This document shows positions 29,579-44,111 of a DNA stretch of 64,000 nucleotides, piece after piece. The notes under the pieces were generated by a model that had not been told where the DNA came from, did no database searches, and was given only the letters and a program-made list of their open reading frames with translations. The position numbers and the translations under genes are program-made. Every line of letters starts with the position of its first letter. The first letter of the stretch is position 1. Origin of the DNA: Octopus vulgaris (lineage: Eukaryota); the NCBI GenBank assembly GCA_951406725.2, contig OX597822.1, positions 11,718,001-11,782,000 on the forward strand. The letters are read 5' to 3'.

Positions 29579-30292
29579 TCGGGATAATACCTGCATATCT
29601 ACACCACCAGCCACAAACATACCAACACACACACACATAATATATATATATATTGAACATACACAACGTGTGTGTGTTGTTAGTACGTGGGTCGGCTGCG
29701 ATTTTAGGCGTAAGACACTATATCCTCTTTGCGCTTGGTGTGAAAAACACCTGAAAGTAAGTCACAGTAAAGCGAAGCAACTCACATAGGTCCCTTCTCG
29801 GAGCGATAGACACCGATGTTTCGTCATTTTTTTGACTTATAATTCCCGCATACCGAACAATGCCCGCTGCAAGCCATGCCACCGACTATGACTATATGCT
29901 AAATGGTTAAAAACCATTTGCTGCCATGTCCCAGCGTTTCATGCTACGGAATAAGTTCAGAAAGGAATTAGAAGCAGATTGGGTCATAGGAACAAAATCG
30001 GACACAAATACTTCCCGAAGAACGGTTGTTGCAGCCTCCAATTGAGCTATGGACATCAACTTCAACCCACTGCAGGCGATGCAGATGACGACAATGCCGA
30101 AAAGAACGCAGGGAACAAATGGCCCAAACCACAACTTGTGTTTACCATAATTTTTGCTCTATATTCATATGAAATATACAGCACACATACATACTTATAT
30201 CTATATGTATGTACACATACACATGCGCAGATTGGAACCCACAAATTTACACATTCACATACACACACACACACGCACACACGCATACGCAC

Positions 30293-30338
<46 letters not shown>

Positions 30339-30501
30339 ACACACTGTTTCATTAATGGCGGTCAGTTTAACATCGAAATTTGTGTCGATAGAAATGGATA
30401 TATGCATGTGTGTTTGCGTGTGCTCGAGTGCGTGTGTATGGTAGACTCTATATGTGTGTGCGTACGCGTGCGTGCTTCTGTATGTGTAATACAAATATGT
30501 A

Positions 30502-30533
<32 letters not shown>

Positions 30534-30876
30534 CTATACATTACTTTACATAATACTATATCCCTGCAAATTAATTCGAAATCCAGCAATAGTTGGTCTC
30601 CAGATGGAAGTCGAAATTTTCGTTCGCACACATATACACTATCCTATCAGAAACACCTTCTCACCTACATAATTACAGAGTGTTATGTTCCTATATTTAG
30701 AATACACATATATATTAATAGACGATTCCATTTCTAACCATAAATTCCATCAGTTGAAGCAGATATTTCATTCCTTTGAAAAAATCCTTTAGAACGAAAC
30801 ATATAAAATATTATTCTGGACGGCTAACGTCGTCTTGTGTCCTGTGAATGGCAGTCGTTTCTGGTTCATAAATAAC

Positions 30877-30920
<44 letters not shown>

Positions 30921-30935
30921 CATATGTGTATATAC

Positions 30936-30977
<42 letters not shown>

Positions 30978-31123
30978 GTTTGTGCGTGTTTGTTTATATA
31001 TATACATATATATGCATGTTTATATACATACATACACAAACACACACTATATATTCACCAAAGCCATCAAAAAAGACGAATATGACGACGGAACGTCGAG
31101 ACAAAAATAGATGATTTCCAATG

Positions 31124-31165
<42 letters not shown>

Positions 31166-31289
31166 GTATGTATATATATTTGAGTGTATACATGTATATA
31201 TATATTTGAACGTATATACTGCTACTTACAGATGAATTCGTAATTGTATATCAATCTATCTATCTATATACCTAAGCACACACACACAC

Positions 31290-31382
<93 letters not shown>

Positions 31383-31772
31383 TATGTGTACACACACACA
31401 CGCAAATTATTGCGTTTGTGTTGATTATCAGCGATAAACTCTTTTCTTTCCCTCTCATTTACCATCCTTTATTTATGAAAAATATCAAAGGAAATAAAGG
31501 GATCTCTACTTTTCGACGACGTATTCCACATATTTAGTGAACGGAGGTCCCTGATCATTCAATATTAATATATTTGGCTGAATATTTCCCTGACACCGTT
31601 AGAGAAATTGTCTAACAAAATCCTAGAAATGCAACAAATCTAAGTTTTCAATTAGGGCAAGAGACGTTCTGGCGCCGATTTTTTGGCGTCGCTCATTCGA
31701 GGCTGACCACTTTGGCGTTTTAATGTTTCTCTCGTTCTCTCTCTGTTCCTTCGCTATCTCTCTATCTCTGTT

Positions 31773-31817
<45 letters not shown>

Positions 31818-32966
31818 AACATGTTTCTCTTTATGTGTATGAGGAGACGGCCAGGTAAGTGTTTATACCAATCCTAATCAATTAATAAATTGTAATGCCC
31901 CTCACTTTACCTGGATATCATTAATTATGCACGTGCGTATATTCGTGTGTGTGTGTGAGAGAGTTGTATGTGTTTGCGTACAGTGACAAATAATACAGTC
32001 GCTAAAAGCAGTCTGCTTGTGTCCAATTGTCTCATTCCGTTTCAACAAATAATTATTCTTTGACAATGTTTGTCTTTCGTAAATATCTTCTGCCCACAAA
32101 TAGCACCAGACATAGCTCGGGGCAACTTTATACTATGGGAAAATACCTTTTATTCAAATTCAAGCAATGTACGAATGAACCAGTGACCTTCATATTGCGA
32201 AGCGAACATCATTACGATCTGGATGCGTATGTAATTCTATAAAATCTACAATAGTAAGCAGGTTTTCTAAAATCGCCATGGCGTCCATATTGTTTTCTAT
32301 TATATTTCTTATTTCTTTCCCTTAGTTAATGCTATATTCCGAAGCGCTGAATCACTTCCACATTGTTCAAATAATTGTTTCTTTTCTTATTTCTTCGCTC
32401 TTTCCACGACGAGATTTTTGCTTGACTAAATCCATGTACCATTTGTTTCTTTGTCTTCTGCTTAAGTATTAATCTCCCTACAATTATTTATGCGATTTTC
32501 AAATATATTTGAATATTAGATCTCATAAGGACGGTTACTCTGCCTCGATATGAATGACCGAGATCGCAACATTCCTCGTCGCATGGTTCCTCATTTACAG
32601 CCGAGTGGACTGGACAAAAATGTTTTGCTAAAAACATGACGAATGTCGAACGTACAATCTCACGATCATGAGTGTAATGTTCTAGCTACTTGGCTACGCA
32701 CCTTCACATATATACATGTATGAATATAAGCTGGTATAAGTGACAACTATTACAAGACCATCAATGAACGGGATTTGTGTCGGAGCATTTAAGCTCGTTG
32801 CATGTTACTCAGAATCGGCGCATAAAACTTTAACGTCATATAACACATGTATTGTGTGGGTGTGTGTGTGCAACGTGTGTGTGTATATATGTCTATATAC
32901 ACAAGAAGATACATAGATGAATATATGCATACATACACGCATACACACAAACGTACATACATATGC

Positions 32967-33014
<48 letters not shown>

Positions 33015-33089
33015 GTATATATACATATATATACATACATATATACATTATATATATGTATGTATATATGTATATATATATGCATATAC

Positions 33090-33124
<35 letters not shown>

Positions 33125-33969
33125 TACATATATATATATATATGCATTCATATATATATATACATCCATATATGTATGTATGTATGTAAGTGCGCTAGCG
33201 TGTGTGTCTGTGTGTTGTCGTTCTTATACTGTGAATGTGTTCATATGTTTGCCGGCTTCCTCCGTCTAAACCGGATCAATTTTCCAGCTTCATTACAAGA
33301 GCAGCAGCTATCTTCTTCCTTGCACCTGCTTGCAACAAGCTCTTCAGAACTCTGCAAATACTATATTGTTGACCACAACTGTTCCGTGTAGATAATTCCA
33401 TATTGTTCACTCAGATCTACCGAATTATTGCCATTACATTAAATCTATACTGTTATAGGAAATGCGCCTACTCTGCTGAAACGGGTCCATGTGTTTGGAT
33501 ACTACAGCCAAATGATTAACGCAAATGATTTTCTGCTTTATTTTTGCGACACATTTTTCTCGATGTTGTCTGTGGCTTTTATGGAAACAAAGTAAAACAA
33601 AAACAACAGTTTGTTCTCGTAGCATCAATGATTCACCGTCACTTAACAATAAAGGATTCCGTCGTTCGATCAAGTGAATTATCCGCCCCTGCTTTAACTT
33701 GTTAATGACTGCGCAATCCACAGATCAGACAATTATACACTTCATGTAATTATTATGCAGGATCCTCTCCAACAGTAAACGTGAAGAGTTTATTGGTAGC
33801 ACTTTATTAGAGGTATAAGCTATTGGACGGGTTCCATTTAGAATGTATGAGTCAAACTAAAGCTCTATAAAACAAGGGTTAGATATCAAGTAGTAGGATT
33901 GTACTCGCCACCTCGTGGTTGCTGAACTATCTGCTTAACCAATTGGTCAACATCGTCTAATCACAAGTA

Positions 33970-34265
33970 ATTGTTGTTGTTTTTTCCTTCTCTAGCCATG
34001 CTGGGTTCATAAGGGCCAGTTTCCCGGTTTCCTTGGCGTATATGTTCCCCACCTGGACGGGACGCCGGTCCGTCGCAGGTGAGCTGCAAGGTGCAGGAGG
34101 AAAGAGTGAGGGAAAGTTGTGGTGAAAGATTCAGCAGAAGTTGGCCATTACCTTCTGAGGGAGCAACGTGGGGCTTAGGTGTTTCGCTCATAAACACACA
34201 CATCACCGGGTCTGAGATTCGAAACCGCGAGTCCGCTACTCTAACCAAGAGACCATGTACCTCCA
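33970..34265 (-). mobile_element. SINE with family C head and a different 3' body
   Basis: Head as at 5936; body cctgcgacggaccggcgtcccgtccaggtg...gaaaccgggaaactggcc; (CAA)n tail. Confidence 0.7.
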
Positions 34266-34564
34266 CAATTACAAGTAATACAACCGTTAAATGGAAGGGA
34301 AACGAAAGCTTACAATTCATCAGGCATAATATTTTTAACCGACTTAAAACGGGGAAATACACGAGGCAAAATTGTCTCAGATATACTCACAGACGAGATA
34401 GTCAAAGCTGCAATGCCTTTCGTTATAGATCTGGTGGATGAAGGATTGACTGTGGTTAAACAACAATAATGATAAATTGACCATGAAATAGAAGCTAAAA
34501 TCTGACTAATATCTATAGAAAATAGTCTTTTACGATAACATGGTGGACCAGGTGAGTTTAAGCT

Positions 34565-34948
34565 ACTCTCTTTTACTCTTTTTTTTACTCTTTTACTTGT
34601 TTCAGTCATTTGACTGCGGCCATGCTGGAGCACCACCTTTTAGTACTTATTCTATCGGTCTCTTTTTGCCAAACCGCTAAGTGACGGGGACCTAAATACA
34701 CCAGCATCGGTTGTCAAGCAATGCTAGGGGGACAAACACAGACACACAAACACACGCATACATATATATATATATACATATATACGACAGGCTTCTTTCA
34801 GTTTCCGTCTACCAAATCCACTCACAAGGCATTGGTCGGCCCGGGGCTATAGCAGAAGACACTTGCCCAAGATGCCACGCAGTGGGACTGAACCCGCAAC
34901 CGTGTGGTTGGTTAGCAAGCTACTTACCACACAGCCACTCCTGCGCCT
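34565..34948 (-). mobile_element. SINE family A, near full-length
   Basis: Complete head (aggcgcaggagtggctgtgtggtaag...ggttcagtcccactgcgtggcatcttgggcaag) and tail. Confidence 0.9.
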
Positions 34949-35227
34949 ATAATGTAATCTTTTTTGAACTTATGATATTCTATGCGTGTATGTATATACA
35001 GATACAATACCAATATTCCACTGAAATTTTTAATAATTCCTTCTGGAAACTATCTTGAAAATTTTCTTGAGAATGTATATATATGTTGTAATCTTTTGTG
35101 ACCAATATTTTAATGAACTTCTTAAACTTTTTTATGTTCATAACATGTTTTTGTTACCAAAGCATGTATATATGTATTGTAGTATTTTGTGACAACCAAT
35201 AATTAACACAACTAAATTTTACATGTT

Positions 35228-35268
35228 ACTTTTGATAAACTTTTTCTAAAAAGTGAAACCGGTAGAGT
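35228..35268 (+). ncRNA. Minimal hammerhead ribozyme, U3-A8 variant, in a PLE-like terminal fragment (~35010-35312)
   Basis: actt-TTGATAA-acttttt(ct)aaaaagt-GAAA-ccgg-TA-gagt; the 3' end gcattttcaaaccttcttt resembles the end of the PLE at 13190-13212. Confidence 0.65.
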
Positions 35269-35352
35269 CAATGAACATCTTTTAAAATTGCATTTTCAAA
35301 CCTTCTTTCATGTGTATATATATATATGCAGAGAGAGAGGGGGAGAGAGAGA

Positions 35353-35443
<91 letters not shown>

Positions 35444-35901
35444 TGCAATTTATATAATTTCATGCCTATACACATATGCAGCACACAAACACACACGCGA
35501 AAATACATGTATTTAAGCCCACATATGTGTGTATACATAACGAGAAAGGGACAGTGAGAGAGAGAGAGAGTTACATACGTACGTTCATGAAAAATATTTA
35601 TTCGCATAAAGTATATTTATTACAAAATATGTATATATATTATTTATTTATTTATATATAGGTGTATGTTTATATGTATATGTGTATTTTCATTTACATA
35701 CCTATATATGCTTATTATACATAACGATACGTACGTTATATATTCATTTATATATAGGTATATGTTTACATATATATGTATATATTCATTTACATACATA
35801 TATATGATTACACACATATATATACATATACACTCACATATATATGTATATTCATCTTCTTACATATATAGGATTATATATATATATATACATAGATATA
35901 A

Positions 35902-36003
<102 letters not shown>

Positions 36004-36661
36004 AAAGCTACCTACTGTATGTATGGCACAGTCTACAGAGAGAATGTGAGAGAGCCAGAGAAAGAATGAACGAGCAGTAACAGAGTCAATGAAAGATAGG
36101 TTTTTACTCTATGAATTAATTTGCCTGTCCGTCTTTCTGTCTGTGTGACTTTTCTGTCTATAGATATATATCACCATATCGGTATAAATTAGAAAGAAGC
36201 TTAGGAAAAAATATATCAATAGAAAACAAAACAGTCGCATGAAATATGAAAAATACAACCAAAACAAACGGGAAGAATAAATTTGATTATCGGATTGGCT
36301 TTCCGTTCTAACGTATTAAACGAAGAATCCTAAGTCTTAAGATAAGCCGTTCTTCTCTGCCGACACTTAAAGAGACTTTCTACCTGATGTTAATGTTATT
36401 ACGGCTTTTATCTTGTCCACAAAGTTCATGCATTTGAATGTCGTTTCACCTTAGAAAGAAATTACTTCTATTTATCGCTAAAACGAGAAACGAACGAAAC
36501 CAATAGAGTCATTTACTTATTTATTTGTTTTGTATTTATTCACTCATTTAATTATTTCGTCATTTACTTGGTTTCACTACACACTCATACACACACGCAC
36601 ACACAAAAGCACAGACATGCACACACACACACACACATATATTATATATATATTATGTATA

Positions 36662-36717
<56 letters not shown>

Positions 36718-36753
36718 AATATATATGTATGTATATATACATACATATATATA

Positions 36754-36825
<72 letters not shown>

Positions 36826-36864
36826 GCACATATATATATATATGCAAATATATATATATATATA

Positions 36865-36913
<49 letters not shown>

Positions 36914-36920
36914 ATGTATG

Positions 36921-36952
<32 letters not shown>

Positions 36953-38429
36953 TGTATGTATGTATATTCATTTCGTTACGTAATGTACGTGATATGGAGT
37001 AGACAAATGTAATGCAGTAGGCGAACCCCGTTCAGATGTTCAGAAACAATAAGAGTCTATTTTTTTTTCTTTAATATTTAACGTGCCATTTCTTATTTTC
37101 GATCTTTCAACTGAAGCTCCTTTTACTCTCTATTCCGTTTTTTTTCCTCTTTTGCTTTCATTTACTTTTATTTTTGCAGCCATTCAGTCCATTATTTTTC
37201 CCAATAACAACATATTCCTATCGCAATCATGGTACGCTATATATCTCTACCTGTTATTTTTCTCGTTTCTATTTCAACTCCAGTTGATTCTTCTGGTGGA
37301 ATATATAAGATGTAGGGGCAAGGTGATATATTTGGCATCTTGTAGGCTGCTCGCTACATGGTAGGCTTGACAGTCACCACGAACTACCAGTCACTCCTCA
37401 ATCTCTCGTGTGCTGGCTCCGAGTACCACACCCCGGTTACACCACGTCAACCCGCTGGCTAAATCACAAGAATTGTTGTTGTTTATACTGCACCAAAATG
37501 CGGGTGGAGGAGCTGCGGCAACGGCCAACAGTCAGGGTGGAGAAATTTCGATGAAACCAGCGACGAGATATTTGTGACCTAAGGCAGCCCACGCTATACT
37601 TTGTGGACCTCTGTTAGCAGTGAACAGAGGAAATTGCAATTTCCTAAATGCAAATGGGTGGGCTACAGTTTAGTACCTTGTCAAGGAAAATATGTTGAGC
37701 CATGTAAACACTTCAAAGTACCTCTGCAGGAGTTCTCTGACTGCCTGATGCATCACGTGATACAAAAATACATACCCTCAGTCGAAGTATGAGAAAGTAA
37801 AATTTACTTGCCCGACTTACCATTATTTACTTTACACTTCTCTCTGATGATTTCCGAGTTAAAACTAAATATCTGGCAACGTTCCTGCACAGTTCTGACC
37901 ATATTTTAATTTTTTTTCTTTTTACGTATCACTCGGCTAATTTTAAGAGAAGAAGCATAAATATTTCTTAGCCGGAATCTTGCTTGATTCTGTCGTATGT
38001 ATAAAAAGCCCGTCTAGGAGAATATACCATGTGTTTGTGGATAACACCACAGAAGACTAAAGGTCAGGATTAAATACCTTTCCATATTGTCTCAACAGAA
38101 TTGTATATGCTCCAGAAGTATCTTTATAAACTTGGATGGATCATCGTCGGTTTCAACGATGACCATTCAGTTACTCAATCATCTATAGTACCTGCTCATT
38201 TAATTAAGGCGCAAGTACTGTTAGTGTATTTTAATGTAATTAATTCTCAGACAGAATCAACTTGGCAACGTACGTAACAAGTCTGTAACATAGGATTACT
38301 CGTAGCATCCATTCGACACAGTCCTGACTTCAACACGTCACTGACAGTGTATGGATTGATTTCGGGATAGGTTGATAGCGAGATCAAACATTGAACTGTA
38401 TAGTTGTGAAGCTAACTTCTCAATTTGCA

Positions 38430-39085
38430 CTTAGTCAGATCAAGTCAGGTGTGGAGGCATGTGTCTTTGCAGCAAGTTGCTGCATTCATAATTTGTCGGT
38501 ATATTCCCGGGTCCTCTTGGCCAACCCATCGAGCAGAGACCCATTCAGTCCCCAATTCCACGAGAAACCTCTTCATCTTCTGTGACCATATGGCATGTGG
38601 CCAACCAACGCGAGCTGTCAACCCAGCCGGATTCTCAGTGAAGAGAACTCAGTAATTAGGGTCTAATTCAGAAAATCGAGTAACGTGACCAACCACACTG
38701 AGCTAGCGCTCCCGAATCATACAAATTACGGGAAACTTTCCAGTTTTTTGAGTAGAGTCGTTTGTTGGATACAAAACCCAACAAATGCTAAGCCGTTATC
38801 CTGCAAAGTGCCGTGATACCTAATGAGTTCAACCGGCACCTTAGGGGCAGTGTGCAAGTCTTCCATCTATAGAGCCGGTCAGGGAGAACCAGAGTCCTAA
38901 AGAGCCAAAACTTGGTCCTCTTTCACAGATATCAGCAGTACCAAACACTCTGGTTCAATGAGTCCACAACTGCACCAGATCGTCCAAGTCTTCTGAGGAC
39001 ATCAGACTCGCAGCTGAGGCCTCTACGAATCTCACTGCTGAGATAAGTGAAGCGTCAAAAACTTGTGGTAAAGTTGACCACACTT
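38430..39085 (-). pseudogene. RTE-clade LINE, RT C-terminal fragment and 3' end
   Basis: FTYLSSEI...DVLRRLG...SVWYC..L*KRTKFWLFRTLVLP...GHVTR, with stops and frameshifts; short-repeat tail ctgacttgatctgact. Confidence 0.75.
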
Positions 39086-39110
39086 ACAGTCTAATATAAC
39101 ACTTGCATTT

Positions 39111-39345
39111 AGGGCGGCGTGCTGGCAGAACGGTTAAGCACGCCGGGCGAAATGCTTGGCGGTATTTCGTCTGCCGTTACGTTCTGCGTTCAAATTCCGC
39201 CGAGGTAGACATTGTCTTTCATCCTTTCGCGGTCGATTAAATAAGTGCCAGTTACGCACTGGGGTCGATGTAATCAACTTATTACCTTTGTCTGTCTATG
39301 TTTGTCCCCTCTATGTTTAGCCTCCTGAGGTCAAAAATGAAATAA
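39111..39345 (+). mobile_element. SINE family B, full-length
   Basis: Colinear with the reverse complement of 29348-29578. Confidence 0.85.
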
Positions 39346-39380
39346 ATATCACAAATGCATTAAATTACATCCTAAATAAT

Positions 39381-39593
39381 CTTTTCTTCTCTAGTCACAA
39401 GGCTCGAAATTTTAGGGAGTCGGCTAGTCGATTAAATTGACCCCAGTACTAAACTGGTACTTAATTTATCGACCCCGAAAGGGTGAAAAACAAAGCCGAC
39501 CTCGGCGGAATTTGAACTGAGAATGTAGCGACGGACGAAATACCGCCAAGCATTTCGTCCAGCGTGCTAACGACTCTGCCAGCTCGCCGCCTT
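39381..39593 (-). mobile_element. SINE family B variant with alternative tail and TSD
   Basis: Same head and domain as family B; TSD acatcctaaataat at 39367-39380 and 39598-39611. Confidence 0.85.
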
Positions 39594-40002
39594 AATGACA
39601 TCCTAAATAATGATAGGGGATAAAATTGGGAACTGAGGAATAAAGAGTGACCAATATAAGGAAGACATAAAGAAAAGAATTAAAATTAAGTCAAGTGTTG
39701 TGAATAAGGGTTTGTACCCGAAGAAGGAATATTAAGCAGTGGCGCACGCAGACACTAAGGCTGTATTTGTGTATGTAGCTCTAGTAAGACGCAATGAAAA
39801 AAAGTGAAATATATATATATATATATCCGTTAAAAGGAACGCGTACAACACAAGCAAGTGTATATGCATGCATACATGATGGAAATAAACATGCGTGTGT
39901 GTATAATATATATCTATGTACACACACACACACACATACACACACGCACATGATGTTAAAAAAATGATAACAAAACAGGAAATGATGCAATGAACTTCAC
40001 TA

Positions 40003-40062
40003 GCTTACAGTTGTTTCTGCTATGAGAGGCAGTACACTCAGAGATAAATGCTTCCTCAGAGC
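40003..40062 (-). ncRNA. Degenerate hammerhead motif in a PLE-like fragment
   Basis: Reverse complement: gct-CTGAGGA-...-GAAA-caactg-TA-agc; stem II pairs poorly. Confidence 0.4.
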
Positions 40063-40249
40063 ATCTAGAACGAAGGATATGTGTGTGGAAATAAATCGTT
40101 TATGTATATCGAAATGATCAGTATCGAAAATATAAAGTTACCATCAGAGAACAAAGATTAAAGGATAAAAGCCATTCTCAGATGCATGTAGGTTTAGAAA
40201 ATTTTCTTTATTTACATACATATGAAAATATATAGGCACGTGCTGAACC

Positions 40250-40592
40250 CCTATAAACTTAGACAAACTTAGATATGTTTCGACCAAAGATTGGTCCAGG
40301 TTATGTCTAACTTAATAGCACCACCTGATAGGATTATCTAAATGGTATTATGGTCCATTCAAGTAGGGGGTTCTTGTTGAGTGAGTTGTATCCAGGTATA
40401 GGTGGCTTATTTGGTATTCATTCAAATTTGTTCAGACTCCGTTTAAAGGTGAAGGGATCCTTTTCCTCTTTGATCAAAACCGGGCGGGGCCTGTTGAGAA
40501 AAAGAAATTGTGTCGCAATGTACCTATATGTTGTGATCCTGAGTTGGACAGGGGACGTATGGCCTGTGGACCCAGCCTTGGATGAAGCTTAA
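40250..40592 (-). mobile_element. CR1-group LINE 3' end, same family as 23995-26280
   Basis: Reverse complement matches 25893-26275 (HPRLGP...IKEEKDP...KPPI) and the 3' UTR. Confidence 0.88.
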
Positions 40593-41345
40593 CAATTCAT
40601 ATGTATATATACAAAATAAGCAGAATAAGTACGTTATTTATACTTTGTTATTTATACGCAGACAGACACGAAGTTCGAGGAGACAAATATATATACATAG
40701 AGAGAGAGGAGAGAGAGTGAGAGAGAGAGGGAGACGGAGTGCAAGTGAGAGAGGGACGGAGAGAGAGTGTGTCTGAGAAGGTGACAAAGAAAAGATCAGC
40801 TCGTGACGTAAAACTGTCCTCAAAATTAGTAGTTTTGTGGATTCTAGCTAGAATGAACATTAACAGGCGAGTGAAGTATCAGACACACATACATACATAT
40901 TCACATACATTCATACATTAAAAGAACATGCATACTCAGGTATGAACGCGTGTATATACATAGAGAGGAAGCACGTACGTATGCAAAGGTATATGCCTAC
41001 GCATTCGCACACATTTTATATGAATATACACGTGCATATACATTCATATATATATATATATATATTATCATCATATCATCATCATTATTATTATTATTAC
41101 TATTACTTAAAACAGTTTTCCTCAGCTTTTTGCGACTTAAAGTTTCAGGCTTAGATTACCTAATATATATATATATATATACAAAATGAGAAAATGGAAA
41201 AACATACTTAAATCAATCATCAACCATCAGATAATACCCAATCAATACTTTATTACACCATTACATAACAGCAATGACATTATACATAATATATTGCAAA
41301 TATAACTAGACATGGAAATAGAAATATAAAATACAATTACATCAT

Positions 41346-41456
41346 ATCTGACAGCTGTTTCGGCCGTGAAGACAAGTATGTCTCATTTAACCTATTAGTC
41401 ATATAAAGCAGGTATAAATGAGACATTAACAAGGATGTCTCACTGCCTCTTCAGAG
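41346..41456 (-). ncRNA. Hammerhead ribozyme with canonical core and long stem II
   Basis: Reverse complement: tct-CTGAAGA-ggcagtgagaca...tgtctcattta...taaatgagaca...tgtcttcacggcc-GAAA-cagctg-TC-aga. Confidence 0.75.
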
Positions 41457-41572
41457 AATTTAATATAAGTGTGAAAATAATTTACATATAAATATAAAAA
41501 TATAAAATATAAAAATGTGTGCATAGACACTCATAATTCTACACATATATATATACACATTAATACAATAAT

Positions 41573-41646
<74 letters not shown>

Positions 41647-41771
41647 TATATACATATATATATACATATATATATATGTACATTTATACATATATATATA
41701 TATATGTATACATACACACACACACATATATATATATATGTATATATATATAAAGAGAAAGAGATAGATAT

Positions 41772-41834
<63 letters not shown>

Positions 41835-42010
41835 CAAACACACCCACACCTTTTATGTAGCATATATACAAAGAATAAAACCCATAATACGTCCATGTTA
41901 ATAAGTTTATAAATATGAATGCACGCCTGTATACGCACATAGACCGACAGATTTAGACACAGCTACGCTCAGAGTGAAAGACGGTCGCGCAGACATAAGA
42001 ACGTATATCA

Positions 42011-42054
<44 letters not shown>

Positions 42055-42665
42055 ACGTTCCCCACACTTTTGTTATTCAAAATACGTTGTTAATATCGTA
42101 TCACAATAATTCCTCGCCGTTTTACTTTTCTTTTGGAAAAACCATAACGCATATTAGTATAAATAACTCATATAGGAATATGAAACCTCTGTTTCAGGCA
42201 CTAATGATTGTATGTGTTACATATGAGACTTCGAGGTCTTGAAATATCGAGTCATTCAATGATATGTATTTGAATGTATAAATGAATATATATTATGTAG
42301 TTTATAGCAAGCTTAGATTTACATCTGCACAAATATTTCTAAGCTGTAACTTGAAACTACCGATCGGTCTCATTGCTTTAGAATTCGTTTGTCAATGAAC
42401 ATTGATATTTTAATAGAGAATTGATGTACAGCAGGGGGTGATGGATAGAGAGATAATAGATAGCAAGAAAGGGAGAGAGAGAGAGAGAGGTAGGGAAAGA
42501 AGATGAAAGATAGGGAGAGAGGGAGAGAAAGAGAGAGAAAGAGGGAGAGACATGAAAGGATGCACACACATATAGCTTATAGATATAAAAATAGATAGAT
42601 GTAAAGAGAGATACATTGATATTTATCTATCTATCTATATCGATCTATATCTATATCTATCTATC

Positions 42666-42722
<57 letters not shown>

Positions 42723-42794
42723 GCCATGATAGATCGCTAGCCACTACACATTCTTTATTTTCTCTATTTCCTTTCCTTATTTCTTTCTGTATTT

Positions 42795-42830
42795 CTTTTT
42801 GTGGGAGAGCGTGGGCTCGAAACGTTAAAG
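42795..42830 (+). ncRNA. Degenerate hammerhead motif in a short TA-flanked repeat (~42722-42925)
   Basis: cttt...gagc(gtgg)gctc-GAAA-cgtt-aaag; the first core strand is non-canonical. Confidence 0.4.
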
Positions 42831-43829
42831 ACTTTTTCACTTCCCGTGCGTTATACTAATACATCTTTTTGTTGTCTTGCACAACCTGTCTTCGTCGTTT
42901 GCTTTTTCGTGAATTCTCCTCCCCCATATACATATATATATATATATACATACATACATACATATGTGGGGGGATTTGCAAATGTGGCGGGAACGCTAGG
43001 ACCGGGATATTGCAGCGAAAGGCGATAACTTCGAAGGATGGTGTTAAAACTCCGGTACAAAAGTTACTTTTTATTAAACATAACTAGTTCGGGAACCTTT
43101 TGAAACTACCTCGTATGTATATAATTAGAACAAAATAAACAGAGATACGGAGAGATAGACAGACAGCTATGCAAATTGATAGATAGCTAGATTTGATTGA
43201 TATATTAAACAAAAAGATTAAATAGATAGATATATAGATAAATCGATAGATTGATAGACAGATAAAACATAGAACAATACCATTTGTAAAGAAATAATTC
43301 ATTAAGAAGTCAATAAAACTTATAGACAAATTTCTTTAGAAAATTTATGTCCCTTCTTAGATTCAATGAGTACTTCATTTTAATAAGTGCGCATATGGCT
43401 TAACTTTCTTTCAGAAGTAATTGGCAAAATTCGCTTGACCTCTACTCAAGAGTTCCGCTATTATCATTTCGTCGCAACAAGTTCCATAAATATATATCTT
43501 CAGACGCAGTCTCTGTAATGAGCGACGATAGGAATTATATACATAAATATAAGTATACATACAAATGATCACACGCATTATATATATCGATATACATATG
43601 TGTGTGTGTATATGTATGCATGTATGTAGGCAAGTATTCATATATTCATATATATCACTGTATCAATCCAACTATGTCTCTATGTATATATGCATGCGTA
43701 CACAATTGCAGACACGCGCACACATATATGCCCTCATAAATGCGTTCATATATGATACATACATAAAAATATGAAAACATGATATGTGTATGTAAGATGA
43801 ATATATGATCCTAGATTTCTGAGTGTGTA

Positions 43830-43859
<30 letters not shown>

Positions 43860-43863
<4 letters not shown>

Positions 43864-44020
43864 AGTGACTGTGTGGTAAGAAGCTTGCTTCCCAACCACA
43901 TGGTTCCGGGTTCAGTCCTACTCCATGGAATCTTGGGCAAGTGTCTTGTACTACAGCCTCGGGCCAACCACAGCCTTGTGAGTGGATTTGGTAGACGGAA
44001 ACTGAAAGAAGCCCATCGTA
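43860..44020 (+). mobile_element. SINE family A, 5' half
   Basis: aggagtgactgtgtggtaagaagcttgc...ggttcagtcc...ttgggcaagtgtctt...gaaactgaaagaagccc. Confidence 0.85.
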
Positions 44021-44030
44021 TATATATATA

Positions 44031-44106
<76 letters not shown>

Positions 44107-44111
<5 letters not shown>

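Noticed and set aside
29690-30150. GC-richer unique block that might be coding
   Set aside because: No motif I can identify and no long clean frame apart from microsatellite read-through; probably an old TE fragment.
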